This document shows, one piece after another, positions 1 through 9,125 of a stretch of 64,000 nucleotides of DNA. Location of the stretch: NCBI GenBank assembly GCA_030604905.1, contig JAUVVA010000002.1, positions 8,641 through 72,640 on the forward strand, in the 5' to 3' direction. A program made the position numbers and the translations under genes. How positions within the stretch are numbered: position 1 is the first letter of the stretch; the number at the start of each line of letters is the position of its first letter. The notes under the pieces are model-generated. The model made no database searches, was not told the origin of the DNA, and worked only from the letters and a program-made list of their open reading frames with translations. This DNA is from Verrucomicrobiota bacterium. GTDB taxonomy: Bacteria; Verrucomicrobiota; Verrucomicrobiia; Opitutales; Opitutaceae.

Positions 1-2
1 CC

Positions 3-74
3 CCCGGCGAGCTCGGCGCCGAGGAGTATCGCGAATTGGTGGACGAATACTTTAAACGAATCACACGCCCATGA
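3..74 (+). CDS. 3' end of an upstream gene, truncated by the window (…PGELGAEEYRELVDEYFKRITRP*)
   Basis: Open frame ends at TGA 72-74 and overlaps the next ATG (ATGA). Confidence 0.7.
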   Translation, partial: PGELGAEEYRELVDEYFKRITRP

Positions 75-895
75 AGACCACCCCGACCTCCGCCGCCGAC
101 ACTGGAGCCGCCGTTCAGACATGGGCGAGACGCCCATGCCACGTGGCACGGGCATCCTGCCCGTGGTCTGGTGTGGCACCGGCGTCCCGCCCGTGGTCCG
201 TCCTCTGCACCCTGAGCCTCGCCCTCGCGCTCCTCCTCGGCCTCTTCGCCGCGCCGACGGCCTCGGCCCAGCCGAAGGGCACGGTGCCCGCGCCCTCCAC
301 CAAGCCGCTCGAGCCCGGCATGATCGCGGTCGGCAACTTCATCTACGCCGGCAACCGCAGCTCGGTCTGCTTCGCGGACAAGTTTCTCGCCGACGTCGCC
401 AAGGACACCACGCTGCCGGTCGAGAAGGAGTTTCGTTCCGTGCGGCTCGATGCCGACGCGCTCTTCGACACGCCCTTCTGCGTCTTCTCGGGCGAGGATT
501 CCTTCACACTCACCGAGAAGGAGCGCGAAAACCTCCGCCGCTACCTGCTCAACGGCGGCTTCGTGTTGGCGAGCCCGAGCTGCTCCAACGGCGCCTGGGA
601 CAAATCGCTGCGCAAGGAGCTGGAGCTCACCCTGCCGCAGCACCGCCTCGTCACCATCCCGATGACGCACCCGATCTTCTCGATCGTGAACCAGATCGAT
701 TCGCTCAAGTGCAAGAGCGGCAAGACCGCCCTGCTCGAAGGCCTCGAGGTCAACGGCCGCCTCGTCCTCATCTACTCGAAGGAAGGCCTCAACGACGTGG
801 CCAACGCCAAGGGCTGCTGCTGCTGCGGCGGCGACGAGATCGTCCGCTCCGCCATGGTCAACGTGAACATCCTCACCTATGCGCTGCTCTATTGA
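71..895 (+). CDS. Exported DUF4159-like protein with a C-terminal CCCC motif
   Basis: Signal peptide ending ASA-Q; 'LTEKERENLRRYLLNGGF', 'HPIFS' and 'LEGLEVNGRLVLIYS' resemble DUF4159; KGCCCCGG. Alternative GTG start at 173. Confidence 0.75.
   Translation: MKTTPTSAADTGAAVQTWARRPCHVARASCPWSGVAPASRPWSVLCTLSLALALLLGLFAAPTASAQPKGTVPAPSTKPLEPGMIAVGNFIYAGNRSSVCFADKFLADVAKDTTLPVEKEFRSVRLDADALFDTPFCVFSGEDSFTLTEKERENLRRYLLNGGFVLASPSCSNGAWDKSLRKELELTLPQHRLVTIPMTHPIFSIVNQIDSLKCKSGKTALLEGLEVNGRLVLIYSKEGLNDVANAKGCCCCGGDEIVRSAMVNVNILTYALLY
120..195. repeat. Three REP-like palindromes (GTGGCAYGGGCGTCYCGCCCRTG family) inside the 5' end of the ORF
   Basis: 120-142 is a reverse copy; 143-165 and 173-195 are forward copies. 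Confidence 0.85.
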
Positions 896-900
896 TCGGC

Positions 901-990
901 CGTGGCATGGGCGTCCCGCCCATGGGTCTGCGACGTGGCATGGGCGTCTCGCCCATGGGTCTGCGACGTGGCACGGGCGTCCCGCCCGTG
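901..990 (+). repeat. Tandem array of three REP-like units with a 33-bp period
   Basis: CGTGGCATGGGCGTCYCGCCCATGGGTCTGCGA twice, plus a third partial unit. Confidence 0.9.
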
Positions 991-2360
991 TGAGTCTGAT
1001 CGCGCTGCTCCTGGTGGCCGCGTTCCTCCTCCCTCTCTTCTTCGCCGGCTGCGGCGGCGGCGCGAAGCAACAAGTCGCCTCGGTCGATCTCTTCTTCACC
1101 TCGCAGACGCGCGGGCGCCTCACGCACTGCGGCTGCTTCAGCGGCCAATACGGCGGGCTCGCCCGCCTGCGCAGCGCCGTGGCCTTGCACCGCGGCGCCG
1201 GCACGGTCGGCGTGGACGTGGGCGACGCGATCGAGGGCACCGAGGACTTTCACCTCCTCAAGCACCGCCAGGTGCTCAAGGCCTACGCCGGCCTCGGCTT
1301 CGCCGCGCTCAACGCCGGCGCGCGCGAGGCCTCGCTGCCCGCGGCCACCCTCCGCCAGCTCGGCAGCGAGTCCCCGGTGCCCTTCATCTCGGCCAACCTG
1401 CGCGACGCCGCCACGGGCGCGCCCCTGCTCAAGGGCTGGACGGTCACGCAACGCGCCGGCCGCCGCCTCGCCTTCGTCGGCGTGGTGGACCCTGCGCTGC
1501 TGCCCGACGGCCCGGGTGCGGGCGTGGAGATCGAGCCGATGGAGACCTGCCTCGCGCGCGTGCTCCCCGAGCTTAAGGGCAAGGCCGACGCGATCGTGCT
1601 CCTCGCCTACGCCGACGAGGCCGCGCTCACCGCGCTCGCCGGGCGTTTTTATGAATTTGCCGCCGTGCTCGGCGGTCAGGTGAGCCAGCCCGCGCCGCGC
1701 CTTTATCAGGAGAACCGCAGCCTGGTTTACTACACCGGCAACGACGCCAAGAGCTACGGCCGGCTCGAGCTGCGCATCGCGCGCGACGGCGCGGTGGCGC
1801 CCGGCAAGCACGACATGGTGCTGCTCACGGACCGGTATCCGGAAAACCAGGACATCCTCGACCTGCTCAGCGCCTACCGCACGGAGGTGCGCCATACGCG
1901 GCTCGACCTCGACGACCCCGCGCGCGCCCTGGCCGGCAGCGTGCCGGGCGTGCGCGCGGCCTCGGATTTTGTGGGCTCGCCGACCTGCCTCGGCTGCCAT
2001 CCCTCGGCCGCGGTGGTGTGGAGCAAGAGCGCGCACGCGCACGCCTTTGATTCGCTGGTCTATCGCGGGGCCGACGCCGATCCGTCCTGCATCGCGTGTC
2101 ACACGGTGGGCTTTGGGTCGCCCGGCGGCTACCGGCGCGAGTTTCGCGAAGCGAAGCTCACGCACGTCGGTTGCGAGAGCTGTCATGGTCCGGGCGGCCG
2201 CCACGTGGCGGAGCGCGCGTCCGGCGGCCCGATCAACTTCCACTTCCGCCCGCTCGGTCCGGGCGACTGCCAGAAGTGTCACCACGGTGAATTCAGCCGG
2301 CCCTTCGACTATGAGGTCTTCTGGCCGCAGATCAAACATGGGAAGGAGCCGCGGCTGTGA
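990..2360 (+). CDS. Lipoprotein: UshA/5'-nucleotidase-like domain with CGC motif fused to a tetraheme cytochrome c (c554-like)
   Basis: Lipobox FAGC; 'GRLTHCGC..GGLAR' and 'VDVGD'; four CxxCH motifs (CLGCH, CIACH, CESCH, CQKCH). GTG start at 990 is inferred, because the ORF portion upstream is translated repeat. Confidence 0.8.
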   Translation: MSLIALLLVAAFLLPLFFAGCGGGAKQQVASVDLFFTSQTRGRLTHCGCFSGQYGGLARLRSAVALHRGAGTVGVDVGDAIEGTEDFHLLKHRQVLKAYAGLGFAALNAGAREASLPAATLRQLGSESPVPFISANLRDAATGAPLLKGWTVTQRAGRRLAFVGVVDPALLPDGPGAGVEIEPMETCLARVLPELKGKADAIVLLAYADEAALTALAGRFYEFAAVLGGQVSQPAPRLYQENRSLVYYTGNDAKSYGRLELRIARDGAVAPGKHDMVLLTDRYPENQDILDLLSAYRTEVRHTRLDLDDPARALAGSVPGVRAASDFVGSPTCLGCHPSAAVVWSKSAHAHAFDSLVYRGADADPSCIACHTVGFGSPGGYRREFREAKLTHVGCESCHGPGGRHVAERASGGPINFHFRPLGPGDCQKCHHGEFSRPFDYEVFWPQIKHGKEPRL

Positions 2361-3142
2361 GCCTGCGCGTGCCACGCTGGATAATTGCCGCCGCGTTGCT
2401 CTGCGTAGCGCAGGCGTCCGCGACGACGGGCCCCTGGCTCTCGCACCTGCCGGCCTTTTCGGTGGAGGCGCCGGCGCGAGGCGATTCGCCGATCCTGCTC
2501 TATTTCACGGCGCCCTGGTGCGGCTTCTGCAAGCAGATGGAGCGCACGACGCTGGCCGAGCCCGAGGTGGTGGCGGCGCTCGGGCGGCTGCGCGCGCACA
2601 AGATCGACCACGATGCGCAGCGCGGATTGGTGGAGCGCTTCGGGGTGCGGGGCATCCCGGTGCTCGTGCTCACCAATGATCGCGGCGAGGTGATCGACCG
2701 TCTCACGGGCGCGGTGGCGAAGGAGACCTTGTTGCGCTGGCTGGCGGCGGGCGAGGAGGAGGCGAAGCGCCGCGAGCAGAGCGCGCTGGAGCGCATGCAG
2801 GCCCTGGCGGAGCGCTATCGGCTGATGTTTTCGCAGGATAGTGCGGAGCGCCAAGCGGCGCTCACGCATTTCTGGGAGCGCCTCGCGCGCGGCGACGACA
2901 TGGAGAAGGAGGCGGCGGCCTCCGCTTTCCGCACGCTGCGCGCCGAATCGCCGCGGCACTCCGGCGAGCGCTGGCTTTTCTGGCTAAGCGGCCTCGGCCA
3001 CCCCGACCTCGCGGTCCGCGTGGCCGCGGCCAAGCTGCTTCGTGAAGAGCGCCCCGAGGACGCGAAGTTCTACGATCCCTGGGCGGAAGAGCCGGTGCGG
3101 GAAGCGGCGATCGCCGTTTTGGCGAAGGGTTGGGGAGGCTAG
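2357..3142 (+). CDS. Exported thioredoxin-family protein with a helical (HEAT-like) C-terminus
   Basis: Signal peptide; 'FTAPWCGFC'; cis-Pro motif 'RGIP'; GTGA overlap with the previous gene. Confidence 0.85.
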   Translation: MSLRVPRWIIAAALLCVAQASATTGPWLSHLPAFSVEAPARGDSPILLYFTAPWCGFCKQMERTTLAEPEVVAALGRLRAHKIDHDAQRGLVERFGVRGIPVLVLTNDRGEVIDRLTGAVAKETLLRWLAAGEEEAKRREQSALERMQALAERYRLMFSQDSAERQAALTHFWERLARGDDMEKEAAASAFRTLRAESPRHSGERWLFWLSGLGHPDLAVRVAAAKLLREERPEDAKFYDPWAEEPVREAAIAVLAKGWGG

Positions 3143-3149
3143 GGCGCCG

Positions 3150-3252
3150 AGCTCCCATACTTCCCATGCTTCCCATTACTCCCATACTTCCCATGGCTCC
3201 CATGGGGATGGGAGTCATGGGAGCTATGGGAAGCATGGGAGTTATGGGAGCT
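3150..3252. repeat. Inverted array of 9-bp units (TCCCATnnn)n/(nnnATGGGA)n; probable bidirectional terminator or cruciform
   Basis: About 6 units followed by about 5 inverted units, between the convergent trx and kup genes. Confidence 0.85.
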
Positions 3253-3282
3253 TGAGAAGCCCCCCCCGCCGCCTCCCGCCCC

Positions 3283-5178
3283 CTACAACTGCACCGGCAG
3301 CCCGATCTCGATGATCTGCGTCGGGAGGATGCGGTAGTAGTCCTTGATCGGGGAGGCGTTGCGGCTGAGGAAGGCGTAGAGCGACTTTTGCCACTCAAAC
3401 ATGCGCGCGCCGCCGCCGGTGATGATCATCTCGCGGTTGAAGTAGAAGGTCGTCGCGGCGAGGTTGAGCGGCACGCCTTGGTTCTTGATCCTCTCGACCA
3501 TCTTGGCGACGTCGGGCGACTCCATGTAGCCATAGCGCACCACGGCGCGCCACACGCCCTCGCCGAGGCTTTCGAGGGTCATGCGCTCCTCGTCGTCGAC
3601 CGTCGGCACCTCCTCGGTGGCGATGGTGAGCAGGACCACCGTGCGTTGCAGGCACTTGTTGGCCTTGAGGTGGTGCAGGAGCGCGAGCGGGGTGCCCTTG
3701 GGCGTGGCGACCATGAAGACCGCCGAGCCCGGCACGCGGACGATGTTTTTGCTCTTCGCCACCGAGGAGAGCTCCAGCTCGGTGACGGCGCCTCCGTAGA
3801 TCATTTCCTGAATCTCCAGGCGGCCGCTCTTCCACGTGTGCATGATGGCGAGCAGCAGCGCGGCGATGGAGATCGGCAGCCAGCCGCCGGCGCCAAACTT
3901 GTGGAGGTTGGCGGCGAAGAAGCCAAAATCGATCGCGCCAAAGCCGAGGCACATGAGCAGCGCGGCCGCGGCGCCGAAACGCCAGCGGCGGCGGGCGACG
4001 AAGTAGAGCGCGAAGGAGGTGACCATCATCGTGCCGGTGACGGCGATGCCGTAGGCGGCCGCGAGATTGGAGGACGACTGGAAAAGCAGCACGGTGAGGA
4101 TGCTGCCGCCCGCGAGGAAGAAGTTCACCAAGGGCAGGTAGATCTGGCCCCGTTGTTCGTGGTTGGTGTGGAGCACGCGCAGGCGCGGGAAATAGCCGAG
4201 CTGGATCGCCTGTCTCACCAGGGAGAAGGTGCCGGAAATGAGGGCCTGGCTGGCGATGATCGCGGCGACGAGCGAGAGCACGAGCAAGCCGGCGCGGAAG
4301 GCGCCGTCGGGCGCGAGCGAGAGGAAGGGGTTTTCCAGATCCTCGGGGTGGGCGAGGGCGTAGGCGCCCTGGCCGAAGTAGTTGAGCGTGAGCCCGGGCA
4401 ACACGAGGCCATACCAGGCGCGCAGGATGGCGGGGCGGCCGAAGTGACCCATGTCGGCGAAAAGCGCCTCCACGCCCGTGATCGCCAGCACCACCGAGCC
4501 GAGCACGCCGATCACGGAGCCCGGGTGGTGAACGAGCAGGTCGATGCCGTGGCGCGGATCAAGGGCGCGCAGCACGGAGGGGTTTTGCACCACGTGCCAG
4601 AGCCCGAGCCCGCCCAGCACCAGAAACCAGACCAGCATCACCGGGCCGAAGAGCTGGCCGATCGCCTTGGTGCCGCGGCGCTGCATCGCGAAGAGCGCGA
4701 CCAGGATGACGAGGCAGAGCGGGATGACGAAGGGCGAGGCCGCGGGCACGAGCGTGCGCAAACCCTCCGAGGCGCTGAGCACAGAAATGGCGGGCGTGAT
4801 GACGCCCTCGCCGCAGATCATGGCCGCGCCGATGAGCGCGATGACGACGCCCAGCCCGATGCCGCGCCGCGCGCCGGGCCGGTTCTCGAGGCCGCCGAGG
4901 GCGAGCAGGGCGAAGATGCCGCCCTCGCCCTGGTTGTCGGCGCGCATCACCACCGTGACGTATTTGAGGCTCACCACGAGCATGAGCGACCAGAAGATCA
5001 GGGAGAGCACGCCGAGCACCCCGGCCAGGCGCTCGTCGGGCGGCAGGTGGTGCAAGGATTCGCGCAGGGCGTAGAGCGGGCTCGTGCCGATGTCGCCAAA
5101 CACCACGCCGAGGGCGCCAAGGCTGAGCGCGGCCCGGGCGCGACGGGACAGCGTGGACGACGCGGGAGCGGAGCTCAT
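3283..5178 (-). CDS. kup: KUP/HAK/KT potassium transporter
   Basis: 'GVVFGDIGTSPLYA', 'ADNQGEGG', 'ADMGHFG' and 'AYGIAV' motifs. Confidence 0.97.
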   Translation of the reverse strand: MSSAPASSTLSRRARAALSLGALGVVFGDIGTSPLYALRESLHHLPPDERLAGVLGVLSLIFWSLMLVVSLKYVTVVMRADNQGEGGIFALLALGGLENRPGARRGIGLGVVIALIGAAMICGEGVITPAISVLSASEGLRTLVPAASPFVIPLCLVILVALFAMQRRGTKAIGQLFGPVMLVWFLVLGGLGLWHVVQNPSVLRALDPRHGIDLLVHHPGSVIGVLGSVVLAITGVEALFADMGHFGRPAILRAWYGLVLPGLTLNYFGQGAYALAHPEDLENPFLSLAPDGAFRAGLLVLSLVAAIIASQALISGTFSLVRQAIQLGYFPRLRVLHTNHEQRGQIYLPLVNFFLAGGSILTVLLFQSSSNLAAAYGIAVTGTMMVTSFALYFVARRRWRFGAAAALLMCLGFGAIDFGFFAANLHKFGAGGWLPISIAALLLAIMHTWKSGRLEIQEMIYGGAVTELELSSVAKSKNIVRVPGSAVFMVATPKGTPLALLHHLKANKCLQRTVVLLTIATEEVPTVDDEERMTLESLGEGVWRAVVRYGYMESPDVAKMVERIKNQGVPLNLAATTFYFNREMIITGGGARMFEWQKSLYAFLSRNASPIKDYYRILPTQIIEIGLPVQL

Positions 5179-5351
5179 GGCTGGGCGGTTGCGAAGGCGG
5201 GCGACGGCAAAGGCGGCGAAGCGGGAAAAGGTCGATCATCGCGCGCCGCCGCCCGGGGAGTCAACGAGCGGGAATTGCGAGCCCCGCTGGCGCAAGCGTG
5301 TGGCGCTTGGGCGGCGAGGGTGCGGCGCGGGGGTCGCCGAGGCGCGCGCGA

Positions 5352-6146
5352 CTACATCGATTCCAGCCTCGTCACGCCGTGGTAGTCGGTGCCGAACATC
5401 CAGTGGCGGTTCAGGATCGGCGCCCCGGCCGAATCGGGGTTCAGGGTGTAGCCGACCTTGCCCCCCATCCAGACGATCATCGCGCCACGGTAGATCTCCG
5501 CGCGCACGGGATTGAGGCGGCGCAACTCCGTCCCGAAGCGGTCAGGCGATACGTTTACCCGATCCGTCTCTTGAATCAGTTGGCGCACTTCCGCCATCAG
5601 GGCCTCGAGATTCTCGATTTCAAAAGGGCGTTCTTCGAACTGTCTCTCGTCGGCGATGAGTTCAACGGTGAAGTAGAGGGTGTCGCCTTCGCGGCGCTGG
5701 TTTTGCGCTAAACGCATTTTCTCCGGTGGCGTGTAGGGCGTCTTCTGGAAGAGCGCGAAATAGACATTGGGCCCGTAGCAGCTTACGCAGGGGTTGCTGC
5801 CGTAGGCTTCAAGGGCCTGGCGGGCGAGGACACGGAAACGGGGGCCGGAGATACGATAGGTCGGCAGGCTTGTTTGGCCCTGCGCGTCGAAGCTCAGGTC
5901 GCGGCGCTCCATGTGGCTCGTCACGATGCGGTCATACCAGTGCACGCTCACGCCGAGCTCGAGTCCGGGAACCTCGTTTTGGAGCGCGGCCTGGCGGGGG
6001 CCGGAGATGGGGACGGAGATCGGGTTAAAAATCCACCCGGGCGCGAGGAGGAGAACGGGGGCGCCCCAGATAACGGTGAATCGCAAAGCGCGGGCGAGGC
6101 GGCGCACCAAGCGTCGGATTCCATGAAAGCGGGGGCGACGTAGCAT
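5352..6146 (-). CDS. Hypothetical membrane-anchored protein
   Basis: 264-aa ORF with a basic N-terminus, one hydrophobic segment and protein-like composition; visibly lower GC than neighbours. Confidence 0.6.
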   Translation of the reverse strand: MLRRPRFHGIRRLVRRLARALRFTVIWGAPVLLLAPGWIFNPISVPISGPRQAALQNEVPGLELGVSVHWYDRIVTSHMERRDLSFDAQGQTSLPTYRISGPRFRVLARQALEAYGSNPCVSCYGPNVYFALFQKTPYTPPEKMRLAQNQRREGDTLYFTVELIADERQFEERPFEIENLEALMAEVRQLIQETDRVNVSPDRFGTELRRLNPVRAEIYRGAMIVWMGGKVGYTLNPDSAGAPILNRHWMFGTDYHGVTRLESM

Positions 6147-6284
6147 GGGCTCGGCTTGAGTGATGACTCCTCAAGCCCGCCGAGGCGATGCAGAAGCGGC
6201 CGACGGGCAAAAGCGACCCACCGACAGGAGGGCCCGTGTCCCGTTGACGGGGCGGCGGGGGCGCGCAGCGTGGAGGGATTACCC

Positions 6285-7124
6285 ATGAGCCAGACCACCG
6301 CTTGGAAACGCGTTAAGGAGTATTCCGACATCATCTACGAGAAGGCCGACGGCATCGCGAAGGTGACGATCAACCGCCCGCATCGGCGCAACGCCTTCAC
6401 GCCCGACACCGTGCAGCAGATGTATGAGGCCTTCCTCGACGCGCGCGAGGACCCGAAGGTCGGCGTGGTGCTGCTCACCGGCGCGGGCCCGCACAGCGAC
6501 GGCAAATACGCCTTCTGCGCGGGCGGCGACCAGGGCGTGCGCGGCCACGCCGGCTACGTGGGCACCGACGGCGTGCCGCGGCTCAACGTGCTCGATCTGC
6601 AAAAACTCATCCGCTCCATGCCCAAGGTGGTGATCGCGCTCGTGGCCGGCTACGCGATCGGCGGCGGCCACGTGTTGCACGTGGTGTGCGACCTCACGAT
6701 CGCGGCCGACAACGGCATCTTCGGCCAGGTGGGCCCGCGCATGGGCTCCTTTGACGCCGGCTTCGGCAGCTCCTACCTCGCGCGGCTGGTGGGGCAGAAG
6801 AAGGCGCGCGAGATTTGGTATTTGTGCCGTCAATACAACGCGCAGGAGGCGCTCGACATGGGCCTGGTCAACGCGGTCGTGCCCGTGGCCGAGCTCGAGG
6901 CCGAGGGCGTGAAGTGGGCGCGCGAGATCCTCGGGCACTCGCCGCTGGCGATCCGGGCCCTGAAGAGCGCCTTCAACGCCGAGCTCGACGGCCAGGCCGG
7001 CATCCAGGAACTGGCGGGCAACGCGACCCTGCTCTACTACATGAGCGAGGAGGCGAAGGAGTTTCACGGCGCGCAGCGCGAAAAGCGCCGGCCGGACGCG
7101 CGGCGGTTTCCCTGGCTGCCCTGA
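6285..7124 (+). CDS. menB: 1,4-dihydroxy-2-naphthoyl-CoA synthase
   Basis: 'RRNAF', 'FCAGGDQ', '[20 protein letters not shown]' and 'GSFDAG'; ATG 6285 with GGAGG upstream. Confidence 0.97.
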   Translation: MSQTTAWKRVKEYSDIIYEKADGIAKVTINRPHRRNAFTPDTVQQMYEAFLDAREDPKVGVVLLTGAGPHSDGKYAFCAGGDQGVRGHAGYVGTDGVPRLNVLDLQKLIRSMPKVVIALVAGYAIGGGHVLHVVCDLTIAADNGIFGQVGPRMGSFDAGFGSSYLARLVGQKKAREIWYLCRQYNAQEALDMGLVNAVVPVAELEAEGVKWAREILGHSPLAIRALKSAFNAELDGQAGIQELAGNATLLYYMSEEAKEFHGAQREKRRPDARRFPWLP

Positions 7125-7129
7125 GACTT

Positions 7130-7191
7130 CACGGGCGAGACGCCCGTGCCACGGCCGGGCCCCGAGCCCATGGGCGGGGCGCCCATGCCAC
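7130..7191 (-). repeat. Two REP-like palindromes between convergent menB and mobA
   Basis: CACGGGCGAGACGCCCGTGCCAC and CATGGGCGGGGCGCCCATGCCAC. Confidence 0.85.
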
Positions 7192-7201
7192 GCTGAGCCG
7201 C

Positions 7202-7798
7202 TTACAGGTCGGCGGGCGTGTTCCAGTTCGCGAATAGCGGGGTTTCGGCGGGCTGGATGAGCCAGGGCTTCATCCAGCCGGCGGCGCAGGCGGCGGCGAG
7301 CAGGCGCTGGAGGGAAAGCTGCCGGTGCTCCAGCGCGGTGGCCGCGGCGGCGCGGCTGTCGTCGGAAACCGGATACACCGCGCAGAGCGGCTCAAAGGCG
7401 CCGTCGGCATGGCGCGGCGCCGTGGGACCCGCCGCTAGGAGGTCGGATAGGTAGCTCGCGCTCATGGAAGGCAGGTCCACCGCGAGGACGAGCAGGCGAG
7501 AGGTGCGGGCGGCGGCGAGGCCGGCGGCAATTCCCCCGAGAGGGCCGCAGTCGAGCGCAGGGTCGGCGACGAGGCGCGCGCCGAGCAGGGGACCTTCGAG
7601 GCGGTAGTTGCGCTCGGCGGGCGCGGAGAGGAGGAGCTCCGCGCAGCCGGGCAGGGAGCGCAGGAGGGCGGCTTGATGCTCGAGCAGCGGTCGGCCCGAC
7701 ACGGGGTGGGGGAGCAGGGCCTTGTCGCGCCCCATGCGGGTGGATCGCCCGCCGGCGAGCAAAAGGCCGGAAAAGGGTGGTGGCTCAGCCGCGGGCAT
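7202..7798 (-). CDS. mobA: Molybdenum cofactor guanylyltransferase
   Basis: 'LLAGGRSTRMGRDKA', 'GPLGGI', 'AVDLP', 'EPLCAVY' and 'NWNTPADL'. Confidence 0.92.
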   Translation of the reverse strand: MPAAEPPPFSGLLLAGGRSTRMGRDKALLPHPVSGRPLLEHQAALLRSLPGCAELLLSAPAERNYRLEGPLLGARLVADPALDCGPLGGIAAGLAAARTSRLLVLAVDLPSMSASYLSDLLAAGPTAPRHADGAFEPLCAVYPVSDDSRAAAATALEHRQLSLQRLLAAACAAGWMKPWLIQPAETPLFANWNTPADL

Positions 7799-8252
7799 CG
7801 ATGCGGAGCACGCCGTCGCTGAGGATCTTGGCGCGGAGGCCGCCGCGGCCTTTGAGCGCGGCCTCGGCGCCGGGGGCAAAGGCGCGGTCCATCCAGTAGC
7901 AAGGGGAGCACTCGGCCGTGCCCAGGAAGCGGATGCCCTGGATCTCGAACTCGACCCCGATGAGCGTATTGAGGTCGATGCCGCGGGTGATGACGTTGCG
8001 GCGGAAGACGGAGGGCTCGCGGTCCCAGGTCTGGAGCGCAACGCAGAGCTCGTCGTAAACCTCGCCCGAGAAAAAGGTGATCTGGCCCTTGTAGTCGGGT
8101 TTGTAGTCGAAGAAGCGGTCGCCGCGCAGCCCGCGTCCGGCGACACACTCCACCTCGGGCACGGAGAGCATCGGGTGCTCGTCGGGCTCGCGTCCGTGGT
8201 GGCCGAAGTAGTTGTGGCCGGGGGAGAGGAAGAGGTGCTCGACGCGGATCAT
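7785..8252 (-). CDS. MOSC-domain protein
   Basis: 'GLRGDRF', 'FRRNVITRG', 'CSPCYWM' and 'GRGGLRAKIL'. Confidence 0.9.
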   Translation of the reverse strand: MIRVEHLFLSPGHNYFGHHGREPDEHPMLSVPEVECVAGRGLRGDRFFDYKPDYKGQITFFSGEVYDELCVALQTWDREPSVFRRNVITRGIDLNTLIGVEFEIQGIRFLGTAECSPCYWMDRAFAPGAEAALKGRGGLRAKILSDGVLRIDARG

Positions 8253-8281
8253 GGCGGGACGGCGGTTGGTGGGCGGCGAAG

Positions 8282-8800
8282 CTACTCTCCGCGCAAGTGG
8301 CGGAGGCACTCGCGGATGGCCGGGACGAGGGGCGGGAGGCACTCGCCGATGGCGCGAGGGTTGCCGGGGAGGTTGATGATCAGGCTGCGACCGCGGGTGC
8401 CGGCGGTGGCGCGGGAGAGGATGGCGGTGGGCACCTTGGCAAAGCTGACCGCGCGCATCGCTTCGCCAAAGCCGGGCAGTTCGCGATCGAGCACGGCCCG
8501 CGTCGCCTCGGGGGTGTAATCACGGGCGGCGGGACCGGTGCCGCCGGTGGTGACGACTAGGTCGCATTGCTCGTCATCGCAGAGGTGACAAAGGAGAGCG
8601 GAGAGCTTGTCGCGATGGTCCGGGATGAGGCGGGCAAGGATCTCGTGTTCGGGGCCAAGCTGCTCGCGCAAGACGCGCTCGATCTCGGGGCCGCTGAGGT
8701 CGGCATAAACGCCGGCGGCGGCGCGGTCGCTCAGGGTGACGCGCGCGATGCGGAGGGGGAGGATTTCGGAGGGTTTAACCACGGAGGACACGGAGAGCAC
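8282..8800 (-). CDS. mog: Molybdopterin adenylyltransferase (Mog/MoaB family)
   Basis: 'TLSDRA', 'TTGGTGPAARDYTPEAT', 'PTAILSR' and 'NLPGNP'. The only candidate starts are GTGs inside the adjacent repeat (8782-8800). Confidence 0.9.
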   Translation of the reverse strand: MLSVSSVVKPSEILPLRIARVTLSDRAAAGVYADLSGPEIERVLREQLGPEHEILARLIPDHRDKLSALLCHLCDDEQCDLVVTTGGTGPAARDYTPEATRAVLDRELPGFGEAMRAVSFAKVPTAILSRATAGTRGRSLIINLPGNPRAIGECLPPLVPAIRECLRHLRGE

Positions 8801-8883
8801 GGAGAGGAGGAGGCAGGGAACAGAGGGAGGAGGCCCTAGCCGAGCAGGTTTTTCTCTCCGTGCTCTCCGTGTCCTCGCTGGTT
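8777..8883. repeat. Inverted-repeat element of 9-bp units (AACCACGGAGGACACGGAGAGCACGGAGAG … CTCTCCGTGCTCTCCGTGTCCTCGCTGGTT)
   Basis: Two complementary arms around a ~45-bp spacer; second copy at 11207-11313. Confidence 0.9.
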
Positions 8884-8971
8884 CATGTTTTCAGTTTTTC
8901 GGTCACGCGGACGCCGCTGAGGCTCATGGTCTTGTCGACGGCCTTCATCATGTCGTAGAGGGTGAGGCCGG
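8883..8971 (-). pseudogene. moaC: Duplicated 3' fragment of moaC
   Basis: Encodes …GLTLYDMMKAVDKTMSLSGVRVTEKLKT*; about 3 mismatches versus 11321-11401 over 8891-8971. Confidence 0.9.
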
Positions 8972-8980
8972 TGCCGCGGG

Positions 8981-9113
8981 CTCCGCTTTCCGCACGCTGC
9001 GCGTAGCCGCGGCGAATCTGCTTCGTGAAGAGCTTCCGGAGGGGGCGAAGCTTTATGATCCCTGGGCGGAGGAAGCGGTGCGAAACCAGGCCTTGATGGA
9101 CCTGCGCTTCTGA
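8981..9113 (+). pseudogene. Diverged, internally deleted 3' remnant of the thioredoxin gene at 2357-3142
   Basis: SAFRTLR/VAAANLLREELPEGAKLYDPWAEEAVR versus SAFRTLR[26 aa]VAAAKLLREERPEDAKFYDPWAEEPVR. Confidence 0.85.
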
Positions 9114-9125
9114 TTGGCGTGGCGG

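Noticed and set aside
901-990. 33-bp periodic array as a CRISPR
   Set aside because: Spacers are identical and only about 10 bp long, there are no cas genes, and the unit recurs as dispersed REP-like copies.
1128-1136. Selenocysteine in the UshA-like CGC motif
   Set aside because: Both Cys codons are TGC; there is no in-frame TGA.
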